This document shows positions 39,391 to 54,469 of a DNA stretch of 64,000 nucleotides, piece after piece. Under the pieces are notes generated by a model, which was not told the origin of the DNA, made no database searches, and saw nothing but the letters and a program-made list of their open reading frames with translations. The position numbers were made by a program, and so were the translations under genes. Origin of the DNA: Eledone cirrhosa (lineage: Eukaryota); NCBI GenBank assembly GCA_964016885.1, contig OZ024762.1:9486001-9550000 (forward strand). Direction: 5' to 3'. Numbering within the stretch: position 1 is the first letter of the stretch; every line of letters starts with the position of its first letter.

Positions 39391-39549
39391 GTACATGTGT
39401 ATAATAGAAAAAAATGAGGAAGTTCCGTTTACATATAAAAGACAGGAAATTTCCTCGATTTTTTTTCTGTTATATACACTCTCCCTGTGCATTGAGTGCT
39501 TGATCTGGTACCAACACCAGTAATTCACTGAACAACCTACACATATATG

Positions 39550-39592
<43 letters not shown>

Positions 39593-40257
39593 ATGTGTCT
39601 GTGTGTGCATATATATATATCATCATCATCATCATCATCGTTTATCTTCCACACTAGCATGGGTTAGGCGGGAATTGTCCCAGTTGAGGCAAGATTGATC
39701 GGGTGAGCATGTCTCGCTCGTATAGGACTATCTGACAGGTTTTCTACGGCTGGATGCCCTTCCTAACACCAACCACATTTACAGTGTGGACTGGGAGCCT
39801 TTTTACGGTGTCTCCTACACGACCACTTTACAGCGGGGACTGTGTGTTTTTTTGTCATTATATACACACACGATAGTTCCACATTTAAAATGTGAGCTGA
39901 AAACTTCAATTAATTAAAAACAACGATGATAACAATGATGATGATGATGATGATTATAGCAGTTTACCAAACAATGATCGAATAAATAAGTAAAGTACCA
40001 CCAGGTTTGAAAAATAAATACTGTAAGGTGGATATGATCAACAAAGAAAGAAAAAAAACAAAACAAATCCATTTATAGCAGTGCCCAATGCCCCAGCATG
40101 GCCACAGTCAAATAACTGAAGCCATTACAAGAATAAATACAAACAAAATAACAATAAAAACGACAACAATGACAACAACGACAACAAACAATCCTCCCCC
40201 CCAGCCGGTTATCCCATCCCCTCCCCTCCCTACCAGCAACATAGAACGAGAGCTTAC

Positions 40258-40366
40258 CGTAGTTGGGAGCACGAATGGAGCGCTGATAGCTGTCATGTCT
40301 AGCAGACACACCACACAACGATGGTAGAAGTCTCAACACTTTGGAGATATATGTTTTGACAAACAT
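40258..40366 (-). CDS. OXR1: OXR1/NCOA7-family gene, probable first coding exon (MFVKTYISKVLRLLPSLCGVSARHDSYQRSIRAPNY)
   Basis: ATG at 40366 with an in-frame upstream TAA; strong donor TACG|GTAAGC; 109 nt, phase 1, joins the 38133 exon as G+AA=Glu. Sequence itself not recognisably conserved. Confidence 0.62.
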
Positions 40367-40881
40367 CTCCTCCTCAGATAATTCACCATTTAAAGAATTA
40401 CCTTGTTAAGTTTTAACTTTCTGTAGACCGCATGTCACTGTGTCACCGTGTGTGACTGTTTGCACATGTGTGTATGTATGTACGGATATCTATATGTGTA
40501 TGTGTGTATATGTGTATATGTGTGCACTTTGCTAAAATTATAAAAAATACACACATACTACTGGGTATTCAATTTTATGGGGGTCTGTGAGCAAAGCTCA
40601 GAATTTTCTGTTATATTTTCTTTCTGTGGATTGTGTGTGAGTGTATATGTGTGTGTACACGTTTGCACATGTGTGTATATATATATATATATATATGGAT
40701 GTGTGTATGTGTGTATGAGTATGCACTAAAAAATCATAATATATACACACACACACTATTGGGTATCCAGTCTTTAAATATAATTATAATAATATGAGTT
40801 TATTTGACCTAGGGGTCAGGAAGACACTCAGCAAATAACGGAAACAATACTGAAGGAAAAGGAAAAACAACACCAAAACAC

Positions 40882-41510
40882 AAATAATAATAATGAAAAT
40901 TAGTGTGTACAGTGCTCAGGTGCACTACAACTCATCAAAGGTGCATGTATAGTACATAAGATATGTAGAAAATATTCCTCTCTTTTGACTGTTGTTATAT
41001 TCACTGTATAACAATTTCAAATAGTTTACATATAATGAAATTATTGTGTACAGTGCTCAGGTGCACTACAACTCATCAAAGGTGCATGTATAGTACATAG
41101 AATAATGTTCAAATGTCAGGAAAATGAACAGTGTATGAGTTATGGAATACATGTGTGCGTGTGTATGGAGGGAGGATATCAGGTGTAGTGTTGGCAAATT
41201 TCAGGAAGCATGGAGGTTTTAAAGGATGCAGTGTCTTGACAGCAAACAACTGATGCAGGTAGTGTGTTTCATGAAGGTTTTAAAGGATGCAGTGTTTTGA
41301 CACCTAATAACTGATGCAGGTAGTGTGTTTCATGGAGGTTTTAAAGGATGCAGTGTCTCGACACCTAATAACTGATGCAGGGAGTTTGTTCCATGGAGGT
41401 TTTAAAGGGTGCAGTGTCTCGACAGCTAACAACTGATGCAGGTAGTGTGTTTCATGGAGGTTTTAAAGGGTGCAGTGTCTCGGCAGCTAACAACTGATGA
41501 AGGTAGTTTG
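40882..41510 (-). mobile_element. CR1-clade LINE 3' ends (duplicated UTR, about 61-bp tandem)
   Basis: Reverse complement of the 24700-25130 segment. Confidence 0.85.
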
Positions 41511-41599
41511 TTATAAATATAATATACACTGTTGGGTGCCCCTCTCTAACTATAAAACACTCCACTCTTTATATATCAGTAGTTCCTTATATGGTGGAG

Positions 41600-42250
41600 A
41601 GGAGGGTCCACAAAGATAGAGCTAGAGCCCACGATGGTAGAACTGGGGTCACAAAGGTAGAACTGGGGTTCATAAATCTGATGTAGGGTGTCCACAACGG
41701 TAGAACTGGGGATTCTCAAAGCTGGTGTGGGGTGTCTGAAAAGGTAGAAATGGGGCACACAAATCTGGTGTGGGGTGTCCACAAAGGTAGAAGTGTGAGT
41801 CCACAAATTTGGTGTAAGATGTCCAAAATCTGGTATAGGGTGTCTGCAATAGTAGAACTAGGGTCCACAAATCTGATGTAGGGTATCTGCAATAGTAGGG
41901 TCCACAAATCTGGTATAGGGTGTATGTAATAGTAGAACTAGGGTCCACAAATCTGGTGTAGGTGTCTTCAATAGTAGGGTCCACAAATTTGATGCAGGGT
42001 GCCCACAAAAGTAGAACTAGGGTCCACAAATCTGATGTAGGGTGTCCACAAATCTGATGTAGGGTGTCCACAAATCTGATGTAGGGTGTCCACAAATCTG
42101 ATGCAGGGTGTCCACAAATCTGATGTAGGGTGTCCACAAATCTGATGTAGGGTGTCCACAAATCTGATGTAGGGTGTCCACAAATCTGATGTAGAGTGTC
42201 CACAAAAGTAGAACTGTGAGTTCACAAAGTTGCAAATGTGGGTCCACAAA
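41600..42250. repeat. 22-bp minisatellite (gggtgtccacaaatctgatgta) with degenerate flanks
   Basis: Purest at 42020-42205. Confidence 0.9.
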
Positions 42251-42761
42251 AGCTAGACCTGTAGTTTCACAAAACTGGAACTAGGGGTCTGTCAGCTAAA
42301 TTCAAAATGTCAACTACTTTGTTACCCACAATATTGGGTGTCCATTCTTCTCCAAATATAAACATTTCTTTTGATTGTTTCACCGTACAATAATCTGGGA
42401 GGAAGGAGTAATTTCAGAAGGGCAGAAGTGACCCCCGGGGAAAATTCATTGAAATAAAAGAAGATCCTTGGTAATGAAGAAGTGGGGAACAACTGGTATA
42501 TATATATGTGTGTGTGTGTGAAATTATATGTATGTGTGTGTGTATGTGGGTATATGTATATGTATATATATGTGTATGTATTTATATGTATGTGCTATGC
42601 GTGTATATGTATCTATATGTATATGTATATGTGTGTGTATGTGTGTGTATTTGTATATATATGTACATGTATGTATGTGTATGTATATATGTATGTATAT
42701 ATGTATGTATATATATGTATATATATATGTATGTATATATATGTACGTATATATATGTATG

Positions 42762-42800
<39 letters not shown>

Positions 42801-42818
42801 GTATATATATATGTATGT

Positions 42819-42858
<40 letters not shown>

Positions 42859-42997
42859 GTATATATATATGTATATATATATATATGTATATATGTATAT
42901 ATGTATATATATGTGTATATATGTCCATATGTATGTGTGTATATATATGTATATATATATATATGTGTATATATATATGTGTATATATATATATGTG

Positions 42998-43032
<35 letters not shown>

Positions 43033-44003
43033 GTATATGTGTATATATGTATATATGTATGTGTGTATATATATATATATATATAGGTATGTATATATAT
43101 ATATAGATGGGTGTAACCAAAAGAAAAAGAAAGTAATCTTTGGAATGGTTTTGGTTAAATTCCAATTTTGGTGATGTTGTTGTTGTTGTTGCTGTCGTAA
43201 TCACAGTGTTGTGATGGTGGTGGTGTTGATATTGGTGTTGTTATTGTTGTTGGAGGTGTTGGTGGTGATGGTCTTGTTATTGTTGTTGCTGTCATATTCA
43301 GTGTTGTTGTTGTTGTTGTTAATGGTGGCGGCGGTGGTGGTGTTGATATTCTTGTTATTGTTGTTGTTGGTGGTGGTGTTGTTGTTGTTGTTGTTGTTGG
43401 TGGTGGTGTGATGTTGTTGGTGGTGTTGATAGTGTTGTTGTTGTTGGTGTTGTTGTTGGTGGTGGTGGTGGTGGTGTGATGTTGTTGTTGGTGGTGGTGT
43501 GATGTTGTTGGTGGTGTTGATAGTGTTGTTGTTGTTGGTGTTGTTGTTGGTGGTGGTGGTGGTGGTGTGATGTTGTTGTTGGTGGTGGTGGTGTTGATAG
43601 TGTTGTTGTTGGTGGTGGTGGTGGTGTGATGTTGTTGTTGTTGGTGGTGATGTGATGGTGTTGTTGTTGTTGGTGTTGATAGTGTTGTTGGTGTTGTTGT
43701 TGGTATTTGAGCTGTTATTGTTGCTGTTGTGTTCAGAGTGCTGTTGGTGGTGGTGCTGTTGTTGTTGTCATTGTTGATGTTGGTGGTGGTGGTGATGGTG
43801 GTGGTGGTGTTGTTGTTGTCATTGTTGATGGTGGTGGTGGTGTTGTTGTTGTCATTGTTGTTGGTGGTGGTGGTGGTGGTGGTGGTGGTTGTGGTGGTGG
43901 TGGTGGTGGTTGTGGTGGTGGTGTTGTTGTCTCTCTTTTCTGTGGTATTGTTCTAGGGTAGTGTGTAATCTATTCATTTACACTGATATAATTTGTGTGT
44001 GTT

Positions 44004-44039
<36 letters not shown>

Positions 44040-44051
44040 TTTGTGTATGCT

Positions 44052-44094
<43 letters not shown>

Positions 44095-45121
44095 TTGCGT
44101 GTATTTTTGTGTGTGTGTGAGACCAACTGGTGAGAAAGAAATATATATATATATATATGTATATATGTATATATATATATATGTATATATGTATATATGT
44201 ATATATTTATATATACATATACAGACATACATATATACATACATAAACATACATACATATACATACATACATGCATTCAGAGAGGGAGAGGGGAAGAGAG
44301 AGAGGGAGAGGGGAAGAGAGAGGGGGAGAGAGAGAGGAAGAAAGAGAGAACAGGTAGAGAAATTGATCAAGGTAACAGCATGAGAATTTCATTGTATATA
44401 TATATAACAGGTTGGTGGTGGTGGTGGTGGGGACAATAGTGGCAGTGGTGGTGGTGGTGGTGGTGGCGGTGGTGGTGTTGGTGGTAGTAGTGCTAGTGGT
44501 GGTGATGATGGTGATGTTGGTGGTAGTGATGTTGGTGTTGTAGTACTGTTGTTGTTCTTGTTGTTAGTGGTGGCAGTGGTGGTGGTGGTGGTAGTATTGC
44601 TAGTGGTGATGATGGTGATGGTAGTGATGTTGGTGGTAGTGATAGTGGTGTTGTAGTACTGTTGTTGTTCTTGTTGTTAGTGGTGGCGGTGGTGGTGTTG
44701 GTGGTAGTATTGCTAGTGGTGATGATGGTGATGTTGTTGTTGGTGGTCATGGTGGTGAGAGTGGTGTTGTAGTACTGTTGTTGTTGTTGTTAGTGGTGGT
44801 GGTGGTGGTGATGGTGGTGGTGGTGTAGTACTGTTGTTGTTGTTGTTGTTAGTGGTGGTGGTGGTACTAAAAAAAAACAAAAACAATTCCAGCAGTAACC
44901 ACATTTGTGTCCACAGCTACCATACCGAACACACACTAGTTAGACAGAGCCACTGTGGCGCTGTGTATACAGAAAACCTACTACAGCTGTCACTTCTAAT
45001 CATGTATGGCATGGTAAGTATGTAAGATGCATTCAATAAGGGTTTCAGGTGCCTATATAGCCATGAATAAAGATAAACACCCCCTCTCTCATCTCTTGAT
45101 CTAGAGGAACATCTAGAATTT

Positions 45122-45173
<52 letters not shown>

Positions 45174-45583
45174 CATATTCATACATGCATATGTATGTGT
45201 ATATATATATATATAATATATATAATACATACATATTCATACATGCATATGTATGTGTGTGTGTGCATATATATATATATATATACATACATATTCATAC
45301 GTATGTATGTGTATATATATATATATAATATATATAATATGTATAATATGTGTATAATATGTGTATAATATGCATATGTATGTGTGTGTGTGTGCATATA
45401 TATATATATATATATACATACATATTCATACGTATGTATGTGTATATATATATATATAATATATATAATATGTATAATATGTGTATAATATGTGTATATG
45501 TATGTGTATATATATATAATATATATAATATGTGTATATATATATATATAATATATATATATACATACATATTCATACATATG

Positions 45584-45615
<32 letters not shown>

Positions 45616-46002
45616 CATACATACATACATGTTCATATATATATATATATGTGTGTGCGTGTGTGTGTGTGTAAAGTGACAATAAGAATTGCAGCTTTTT
45701 GTAAACTTTATTACATATTACAATTTATTTCCATATCGATCAGCTCGGGTTTGATCTTATGATTGGATCCCGACTCTTAACCCTTTAGCATTTAAACCAG
45801 CTTTATCTGGCCAGAATTATCAATTATTATGTGAGGTAAAGCCTTTACCATGAAAATACAATAGTATATATAGTATATATAGAGTAATGTAAACGATAAA
45901 GGGTTAATCGACAATTTTTCAGATATGAGAGTTTACATGAGTGGCCCCATCCAAACTACAAGTTACTCACCTAATAACATATATATATATATATATATAT
46001 AT

Positions 46003-46344
46003 ATCATTTCATCATTTCATTTTACGTCCCGTTTTTTCCCTGCTTGCAAGGGTGGGACGGGAACTGATTCTGGCTTGATTTCTACAGCTGGATGCCCTTC
46101 CTAACACCAACCTCATTTACAGTGAGTGCTGGGTGCTTTTTTGCCGTGGCACCTCCACGACCACTTTGCAGTGGAATGATAGGGACCCCAGTCCCTATCA
46201 TCTCATTTCTACAGCTGAGTAAACTGGAGCAATGTGAAATAAAGTGTCTTGCTCAAGGAAACAACACATCACCCGGTCTGAGAATTGAACTCACAACCTT
46301 TTGATTGCAAGGCCAATGCTCTAACCACTAAGCCATGTGCCTCC
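46003..46344 (-). mobile_element. SINE family A copy
   Basis: Full length, flanked by (TA)n on both sides. Confidence 0.9.
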
Positions 46345-46514
46345 ACATATATATATATATATTAAAATAACAGATTAAAGTTTAAGCAAAGAATCGCTGC
46401 TTTCACCCTTAACAGGATCTTCTGAAACTAAAAAAACTAGGGTTCTTATATATTTGATATATATTTATCCTTATCAAGCCCTCTTTGGATTTTAGTCTTC
46501 AAATTTATTATTAT

Positions 46515-46619
<105 letters not shown>

Positions 46620-47272
46620 CATATATATATATATGGCTGCAACTCGCTCTCAAGTAATGCCATCGCTTGATAATTAAGCATAAACATCACGGTTGCGGGC
46701 TTTTTGCCTTTTTGTAGGTGTGTTTATATATATATATATAAACACACCTTCAACAGCAGGTATTATCAAGTACCAAATATGAAAAAAAAACATTGTTTAC
46801 ATTTTCAGCACCTGTCTGACAACAATTCATTAAATAACTATTACATAAGGACATTTTAATGCCTTTGAAATGTACATAATGGATGTAAGGCAATAAATTG
46901 AAGTGAAAGAAGTAAAACCATCTCACTTCTTACTAATTTATATATATATATATATATACATACACATATGCATGTATATATATATTTATATTTATATATA
47001 TATTTCATATATTTATATATATATTTCATATATTTATATTTCATATATATATATTTCATATATTTATATTTATATATAATTCAGGACCCCGATGGCTGAG
47101 CTCCAGCCATTTCAATAGCTAGATCTAACTGTCAAAACGGCCGGAGCTCAGCTGTCGGGGTCCTGAATTTTTTCATATTACCCATTTTACTACCCCAAGT
47201 ACCAAGTACTCTGGTGGGTTATGGTCCCCTTGGTTTTTTTACCACACCCTATCTGATCTATCTATCTATCTA

Positions 47273-47348
<76 letters not shown>

Positions 47349-47885
47349 TATGAAGATACATATACACATATATACATTCCATATTTCCCTAAAATAAGTC
47401 TCAAAAATCTACCATGCATCCTGGAGGCCAAAGGTTGTTTATTTATTTATTTTTTTAATTTTTGGTTGTCAAAATTAGGGTGCGTCCTCGAGGACAAAGT
47501 GTCTTCAGCGCCGGGAAATACAGTAAATATACAACACTCCTTGCAGGAACTGACTGAGGTCCAACACACACACACACACACACACACACAGCCCACACAA
47601 CAGACACATGTATGTGTACATAAACTACAAAATAGATTTCAATACACATTAATTAAGTGACATGTCGTAAACAAAAGGGAGCATGAATAACTTGTTCCAG
47701 ATATACGATAGAGAAGCACAACAACAACAACAACACCTGTTCAACAACAACACCAGTACAACAACAACACCACCACCAAAAAGCCATTCAATGAATATAT
47801 TTACTTTCAAAACTGTTTCTTTTTTTCATTATTAGTAAAATAGTAAAATGTAATGAATATATGAAAAGCAATGAAGTCAGGACAA

Positions 47886-48219
47886 TCATCATTTCATTTT
47901 ACGTCCACTTTTCCCTGCTTGCAAGGGTGGAACGGGACGTGATTCTGGCTTGATTTCTACAGCTGGATGCCCTTCCTAACACCAACCTCATTTACAGTGA
48001 GTGCTGGGTGCTTTTTTGCCGTGGCACCTCCACGACCACTTTGCAGTGGAATTATAGGGACCCCAGTCCCTATCATCTCATCTCTACAGCTGAGTAAACT
48101 GGAGCAATGTGAAATAAAGTATCTTGCTCAAGGAAACAACACATCACCCGGTCTGGGAATTGAACTCACAACCTTTCGATTGCAAGGCCAATGCTCTAAC
48201 CACTAAGCCATGTGCCTCC
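47886..48219 (-). mobile_element. SINE family A copy
   Basis: Full length. Confidence 0.9.
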
Positions 48220-48274
48220 ATATCTTATTTAAATAACTGATTAACTATAAATTAATTAATAGTCTATCATATTG

Positions 48275-48335
<61 letters not shown>

Positions 48336-48405
48336 CACAGCATGGCCTCAGCCGGATGGCTGAAACAGGTAAAAGAGTAATATATATATGTATGTATATA
48401 TATAT

Positions 48406-48762
48406 GACCCCTATCTTGCTCAGAACATTGACCGCCTGGAAACTGTTCAGAGACGTGCAACCAAGCGAATACCCTCCATCAGGCATCTACCATACTCTGA
48501 GCGCCTTGCTTCCCTGGGCATGGATACATTGAAGCTCCGACGCCTGGCAACTGACTTGGTAAACACCCACAAAATTGTTAACCATCTTGCCAACAACAAC
48601 CCTGAATACCTTTTTGATCTCCATGTGTCTAACACACGTGGACATGCCCACAAAGTAAGAAAACAGTACAGTTCCCTTGACTTTCGGAAACATTTTTTTC
48701 ACGCTCAGAGATGCTGAAGCATGGAACAAACTACCTGCATCAGTTGTTAGCTGCCGAGACAC
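48406..48762 (+). mobile_element. CR1-clade LINE 3' fragment (RT C-terminus)
   Basis: DPYLAQNIDRLETVQRRATKRIPSIRHLPYSERLASLG..LRR..DL...HKI..TRGH is the CR1-type ORF2 tail. Confidence 0.9.
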
Positions 48763-48764
48763 TG

Positions 48765-49125
48765 ATAATTATGTGAGGTAAAACCTTTACCATGAACATA
48801 CAATAGTATATATAGAGTAATGTAATTGTTATGTGAAATATTATGTGAGGTAAAACCTTTACCATGAAAATATAATAGTATATATAGAGTAATGTAAATG
48901 TTATGTGAAATATTATGTGAGGTAAAGCCTTTACCATGAAAATATAATAGTATATATAGAGTAATGTAAATGTTATGTGAGATATTATGTGAGGTAAAGC
49001 CTTTACCATGAAAATATAATAGTATATATAGAAGAATGTAAATGTTATGTGAGATATTATGTGAGGTAAAGACTTTACTGTGAACAGTAAAGTATATATA
49101 GAGTAATGTGACTGCTAAAGGGTTA
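48765..49125. repeat. About 66-bp tandem derived from the MITE right half
   Basis: Repeated ttatgtgaggtaaagcctttaccatgaaaatataatagtatatatagagtaatgtaaatg, ending in the MITE TIR + TTAA. Confidence 0.88.
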
Positions 49126-50598
49126 ACCCTTATGTGACCATATAATGACAGACACTCCTAATCTTTTTCAAATAAGTTTGAAAATAATCAAGAATTTGAA
49201 AGAATTCACTAGTATAACTTTCTCGTTATTACGCTGGTGTCTGGAACATTGCATAACCTTTTCCGGCTTTCTGCTCTCTGAGTTCAAATCCCACCAAGGT
49301 CACCTTTGCCTTTCATCCTTTCGAGGTCGATAAAAAAAGTACCAGTCTTGTACTGGGTTGATTCTTCCTCTATGTCTCTTTCTCATTTCCTCTCTCTCTC
49401 TTTCTATCTTTCTCTGGAGGACATCTGCTCTACTCAGACCGGGAGTGGGATGGGCTCCACCAGGATTAAAATGCCTGAGAAACGGAGAAACGCTGTATGT
49501 CAATACAGTGCCCCTATGACTCTATCAGAAGTTATGGGACCATACATACATACAGAACCTTTTCATTACCATATTTCTAAGGAAAGACATTGCCAATGGT
49601 TTATAAATAATTTTCAATATAATGAATGATTTGGCAGGACTAAATAATTGTTTCTACTTTTGGCACAAGGCCAGCAATTATCCCAGTGTATTACTGGTAC
49701 TTTATTTTATCGACCCCGTAAGGGTGAAAGGCAAAGTTAACCTCGGCAGGATTTGAACTCAGACCACAAAGGGCCGTAACTCTTTGCTGCAAAGCATGGC
49801 GTCAGACCTTCTACTGATACTGCCAATCCACCACCGTTGGTTAATAATTGTTTCTACTTTTGGCACAAGGCCAGCAATTACCCAGAGCATTACTGGTACT
49901 TTATTTTATCGACCCCCATAAGGATGAAAGCCAAAGTTAACCTCGGCGGGATTTGAACTCAGAATGGCAAGGGCCGTAACTCTATACGTCAAAGCATGGC
50001 GTCCAGCCTTCTACCGATTAATAATGTAACTAATTTCCTCATTATTAAGCTAGTGTTTGAAACATAACAAGGGTTTCTGCATAAAATTATGGGAGAAGGT
50101 TTTTACATGGACATAATCAGTTTAGAATAAACAGCTTTGTATCGTAGAATCAGAGAAGTTTCAGGCAGATTGAGTTTACACACATATTCACTGAAAATAC
50201 TAAGAATTGACTACACCTACTGTCCAACAAAAGGTTTGATATACCAGAGCTGTCAACTCTCCCTGTCCGATGGGGAGATCTACCACCTACTTTGGGGTGG
50301 ATGAGAGATGTCTTGTGAAAATGGGTATAGCTTTCATTATGTAAAATCTCCCCAAATTTCCAGCATAGTTACGTCCCTTTACGATCTGAGTTCAAATCCC
50401 GCCGGGTTGACTTTGCCTTTCATCCTTACAGGGTCGATAAAATAAAGTACCAGTAATACACTGGGTAATTGCTGGCCTTGTGCCTAAAGTAGAAACAATT
50501 ATGTAAAATCTCCCCAATTTTGCCTCAGTTCTCCCCGGTATGGGGCTCTTTTTTTCAAGGTACTCCCTGTTTGGATTTTTAGAGGTTGGAAGGTCTGA

Positions 50599-50641
<43 letters not shown>

Positions 50642-51004
50642 GAGTATATGCTTACACACACACATATTTATATGCAGAGGAGTGGTTAGTTAGTAACCTA
50701 ATCAGCAAAACAGTCAGTCACAGGTTTCGTAGAGTTACAATCAAAATGTGTATATACATATGTATAAATATACATTTATACATATGTATATACACATTTA
50801 TATATATATATATATATATATATAACGAAGGAAGTGTGGTAAGGAACCAGATGGACCATAACGCACCAGAGTACTCTATACTTAGAACAGTAGAGAGGGT
50901 AATAGGAAAATGTTTAACTCCGACGGCAGAGCTCAAGCTGTTTCGACGGCTATTTCTGGACAGAAATAGCCGTCGAAACGGCTTGAGCTCTGCCGTCAGG
51001 GTTA

Positions 51005-51091
<87 letters not shown>

Positions 51092-51282
51092 CATACATAC
51101 ATATATATATATATACATATATATACATATATATATATATACATACATATATATATATACACGCATATATATACATATATATATATACATATATATGTGC
51201 GTGTATATATATATATATATATATATGCACATATATATATATATATACATACATATATACATATATATATACATATATATAC

Positions 51283-51313
<31 letters not shown>

Positions 51314-51329
51314 CATATATATGTGCGTG

Positions 51330-51450
<121 letters not shown>

Positions 51451-52337
51451 CAAGGAAATCATCAGGAAGCCGATTGTCCAAGTAATATGGTGGTATTTAT
51501 ACATTTTCTGGTGGTAGGGGAAGGTGGTGATTGGGATGGGTGGAGGTCATTGGCCGATGGATTTAAAGAAAGTGGATTCTTAGAAAAAACTATACTCAGA
51601 AAAATAGTGAAACAGAAGGATACAAAAGCAGGCACTCCTAATTTTCAATGTTCAATTATGCTAAGCAGATAAAATGTTTTTCTTTAACTCTTTAGCATTT
51701 AAACCGGCTGCATCCGGCCAGAATTCTCTCACCTCTTTCTGTTCAAACTGGCCGTAAGCGGATGCTCATAATGATGTTAAGGTATTTTTCTCAAAATAAA
51801 TAATATCAAAATCTCATAGATTCAATATTATGTGAGATAAAGTGTTTACCATAAAAATACAATAGTATATATAGAGTAATGTAAATGTTAAAGGGTTAAG
51901 AGGCAGTATTAAAATGCTGTGTTCACCCTTTAGTATTTACATTACTCTATATTTACTATTATATTTTCACAATAAACACTTTACCTCACATAATTATCTC
52001 ACATAATATTGATTCTATGAAACTTTGATATTATTTATTTTGAGAACAATACCTTAACATCTGCCGATACTGCCAATTCACAGAAATAATGTTCTGTTAT
52101 TATTTCTGGCAATATTATAACAATATGACCCTCCCCAAGTATAATAATATCTGTTTCGACACCTGATTTCATAAAATATAATATAGAGCAGTTTTATAAA
52201 TAAATATTGACATACCCTTAAAGAATGCAACCATTACTGTTGGAAGCTCCAGGATAAACCATCCTGGAGCTTCCAACAGTAATGGTTGCATTCTTTAAGG
52301 GTGTGTCAATATTTATTTATAAAACTGGTCTATATTA

Positions 52338-52402
52338 TATTTTATCTGATGAAAGCACACCATAATTTAACTTGGTGTCCTTGAAATATGTATAATGAAA
52401 TA
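52338..52402 (+). ncRNA. Hammerhead ribozyme motif (family also at 21083, 26087, 20737, degenerate at 62503)
   Basis: tattttat-CTGATGA(52346)-aagcacacca/tggtgtcctt-GAAA(52383)-tatgta-TA-atgaaata. Confidence 0.78.
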
Positions 52403-52438
52403 AATATGGTTTTATAAATATAGTTTCTATTTGTTAAT

Positions 52439-52503
<65 letters not shown>

Positions 52504-52673
52504 GATCAAGGAAAACAGTGCTCAGTCTGTTGTAAGAGAGGTTTTTTAGTATAAACAAAGTTTCATATACTTAACACATATGTGCTTCCAATGGTTTTGG
52601 GGTCCAGTTATGGCCATCACTGTATAATGGAGGAGGTATTTTAAACTGGCCCTTCATTTTTTTTTTGTCTACA

Positions 52674-52757
52674 TGCCTGAATGATGGGTCAGTTTAAAAG
52701 TACCTCCTCCATTATCCAATGGTAGTCATGACTGGACCCCGAAACCTTTGGTAGCAC
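52674..52757 (+). ncRNA. Hammerhead-like motif in the 52549-52792 fold-back
   Basis: tgc-CTGAATGA-tgggtc...gacccc-GAAA-cctttgg-TA-gca; one extra base in the core. Confidence 0.45.
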
Positions 52758-53232
52758 ATACATGTTAAGTGTCTGAAACTTTGTTTACACTATATATATA
52801 TATATATATACATATATATATGTGTGTGTGTGTGTGTGTGCGTGCGTGCGTGTGTGTGTGTGTTTTATTATAGACCCATAACTCCTGGTGGACTCATACA
52901 GGCACAGTAATGACAAACAACATATCTTGGCCGTTTTAACCCTTTAGCATTTAACCCTTTAATGTTCAAACCGGCCAGAATTCCTTTTTCTATTGAAACT
53001 GGCTGTAACTGGTCGCTCAAACTGATGTTAAGGTATTGTTCTCAAAATAAATACTTTAAAAATCTCATAGATTCGATATTATGTGAGATAATTATGTAAG
53101 ATAAAAACTTTACTGTGAAAATATTATAGTAAATATAGAGTAATATAAATGCTAAAGGGTTAAAGCTTGCAGAGCCCATCCCTTCTCCAGGTCTGAATAC
53201 AGCCCATCTCTTCGAGAGAGAGGGGCAGAGAG

Positions 53233-53266
<34 letters not shown>

Positions 53267-54125
53267 GGTGGGGGGTAGAGTTCACATGTCTCTATTATTT
53301 TACAAAGATAAGGTTGACAGTGACTTCAAGGTTTTTTAAATTATTCCTATATCTAAGATATGATATAATAGTAAGGTGTGCCATTAAAGTTTTCTCAGTC
53401 GGCTTCAGACCTTTTCAAATTTCTACATTAGCATATGATATATATATATATATGTGAGCTATTGAGGCATTCTCTTTGGGCCTCAGAACTTTTCAAATTT
53501 CTACATTAAGATATGATATACATTAAGATATGATATATATATGTAGGCCATCGAGGTTGTCCCTGTGTGTCTCAGACTTTTTCAAATGTATATATGTGTA
53601 TATACAACTTCAGAACAAAAAAAAAAAAACGAAATTTTTTTTTATCAAAAGGGCAGTTGCCATTACAAAAGGGCAGTTGGCTGATCCCTGCTCTAGGGAG
53701 CAATTAAAAGAATAAAGAAGAAGACGAAGAAGAAGAGAGCAAAATATTCTCCCATGGCTGGATACTAGTGGTGTCACAAGGTAAGTCCTACCTATCAGTT
53801 GAGAAAAACTGCAGGACAATGAAGGGGGAACACTTTAAAGTAGTTATATGTGTGTGTATATATGTGTGTGTATGTGTGTGGTGTGTGTATAGGTGTGTGT
53901 ATTTGTGTGTGCGTGTATGTGTGGTGTGTTTGTGTGTGGTGTGTCTATATTTGTGTGTGTGTGTACGTGTGGTGTGTTTATATACGTGTGTTTCTGTGAC
54001 TAACAGGTCTTTCTGTCTGAGTGTGTATATATGTATGTATGCATATGTGTGTGTATATATATATGTGTGTGTGTGTTTGTGTGCCTGAGTGTGTGTATAT
54101 GTATGTATGTATATGTGTGTGTGTG

Positions 54126-54174
<49 letters not shown>

Positions 54175-54469
54175 AAGTGTGTATATATGTTATGTATGTG
54201 TGTATGTAAGCGTGTATAATTCTAAATAAATATATGTATGTATATATGTTATATGTTAATTAGCGACTGCTATTAACTGACCTAATTCTGTATAGCAATT
54301 ACACCCCATATATACACACATGTATATATATATATATAGAGGGAGAGAGAGGGGGGGGGGGTGTATATTGATTTTCTTTGTCAGTCTTTGTTTTATGTTG
54401 TTTGGAGGGGAGCAGAGTATGTATGAGACTAGAGTTTTAGTCAGGTCAGTTGATAATGTTTGATTGGCC

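Noticed and set aside
49554-49590. ATG exon MSFLRNMVMKRF with donor T|GTATGT on the minus strand
   Set aside because: Splicing to exon 38133 creates T+AA = stop; no intermediate exon found.
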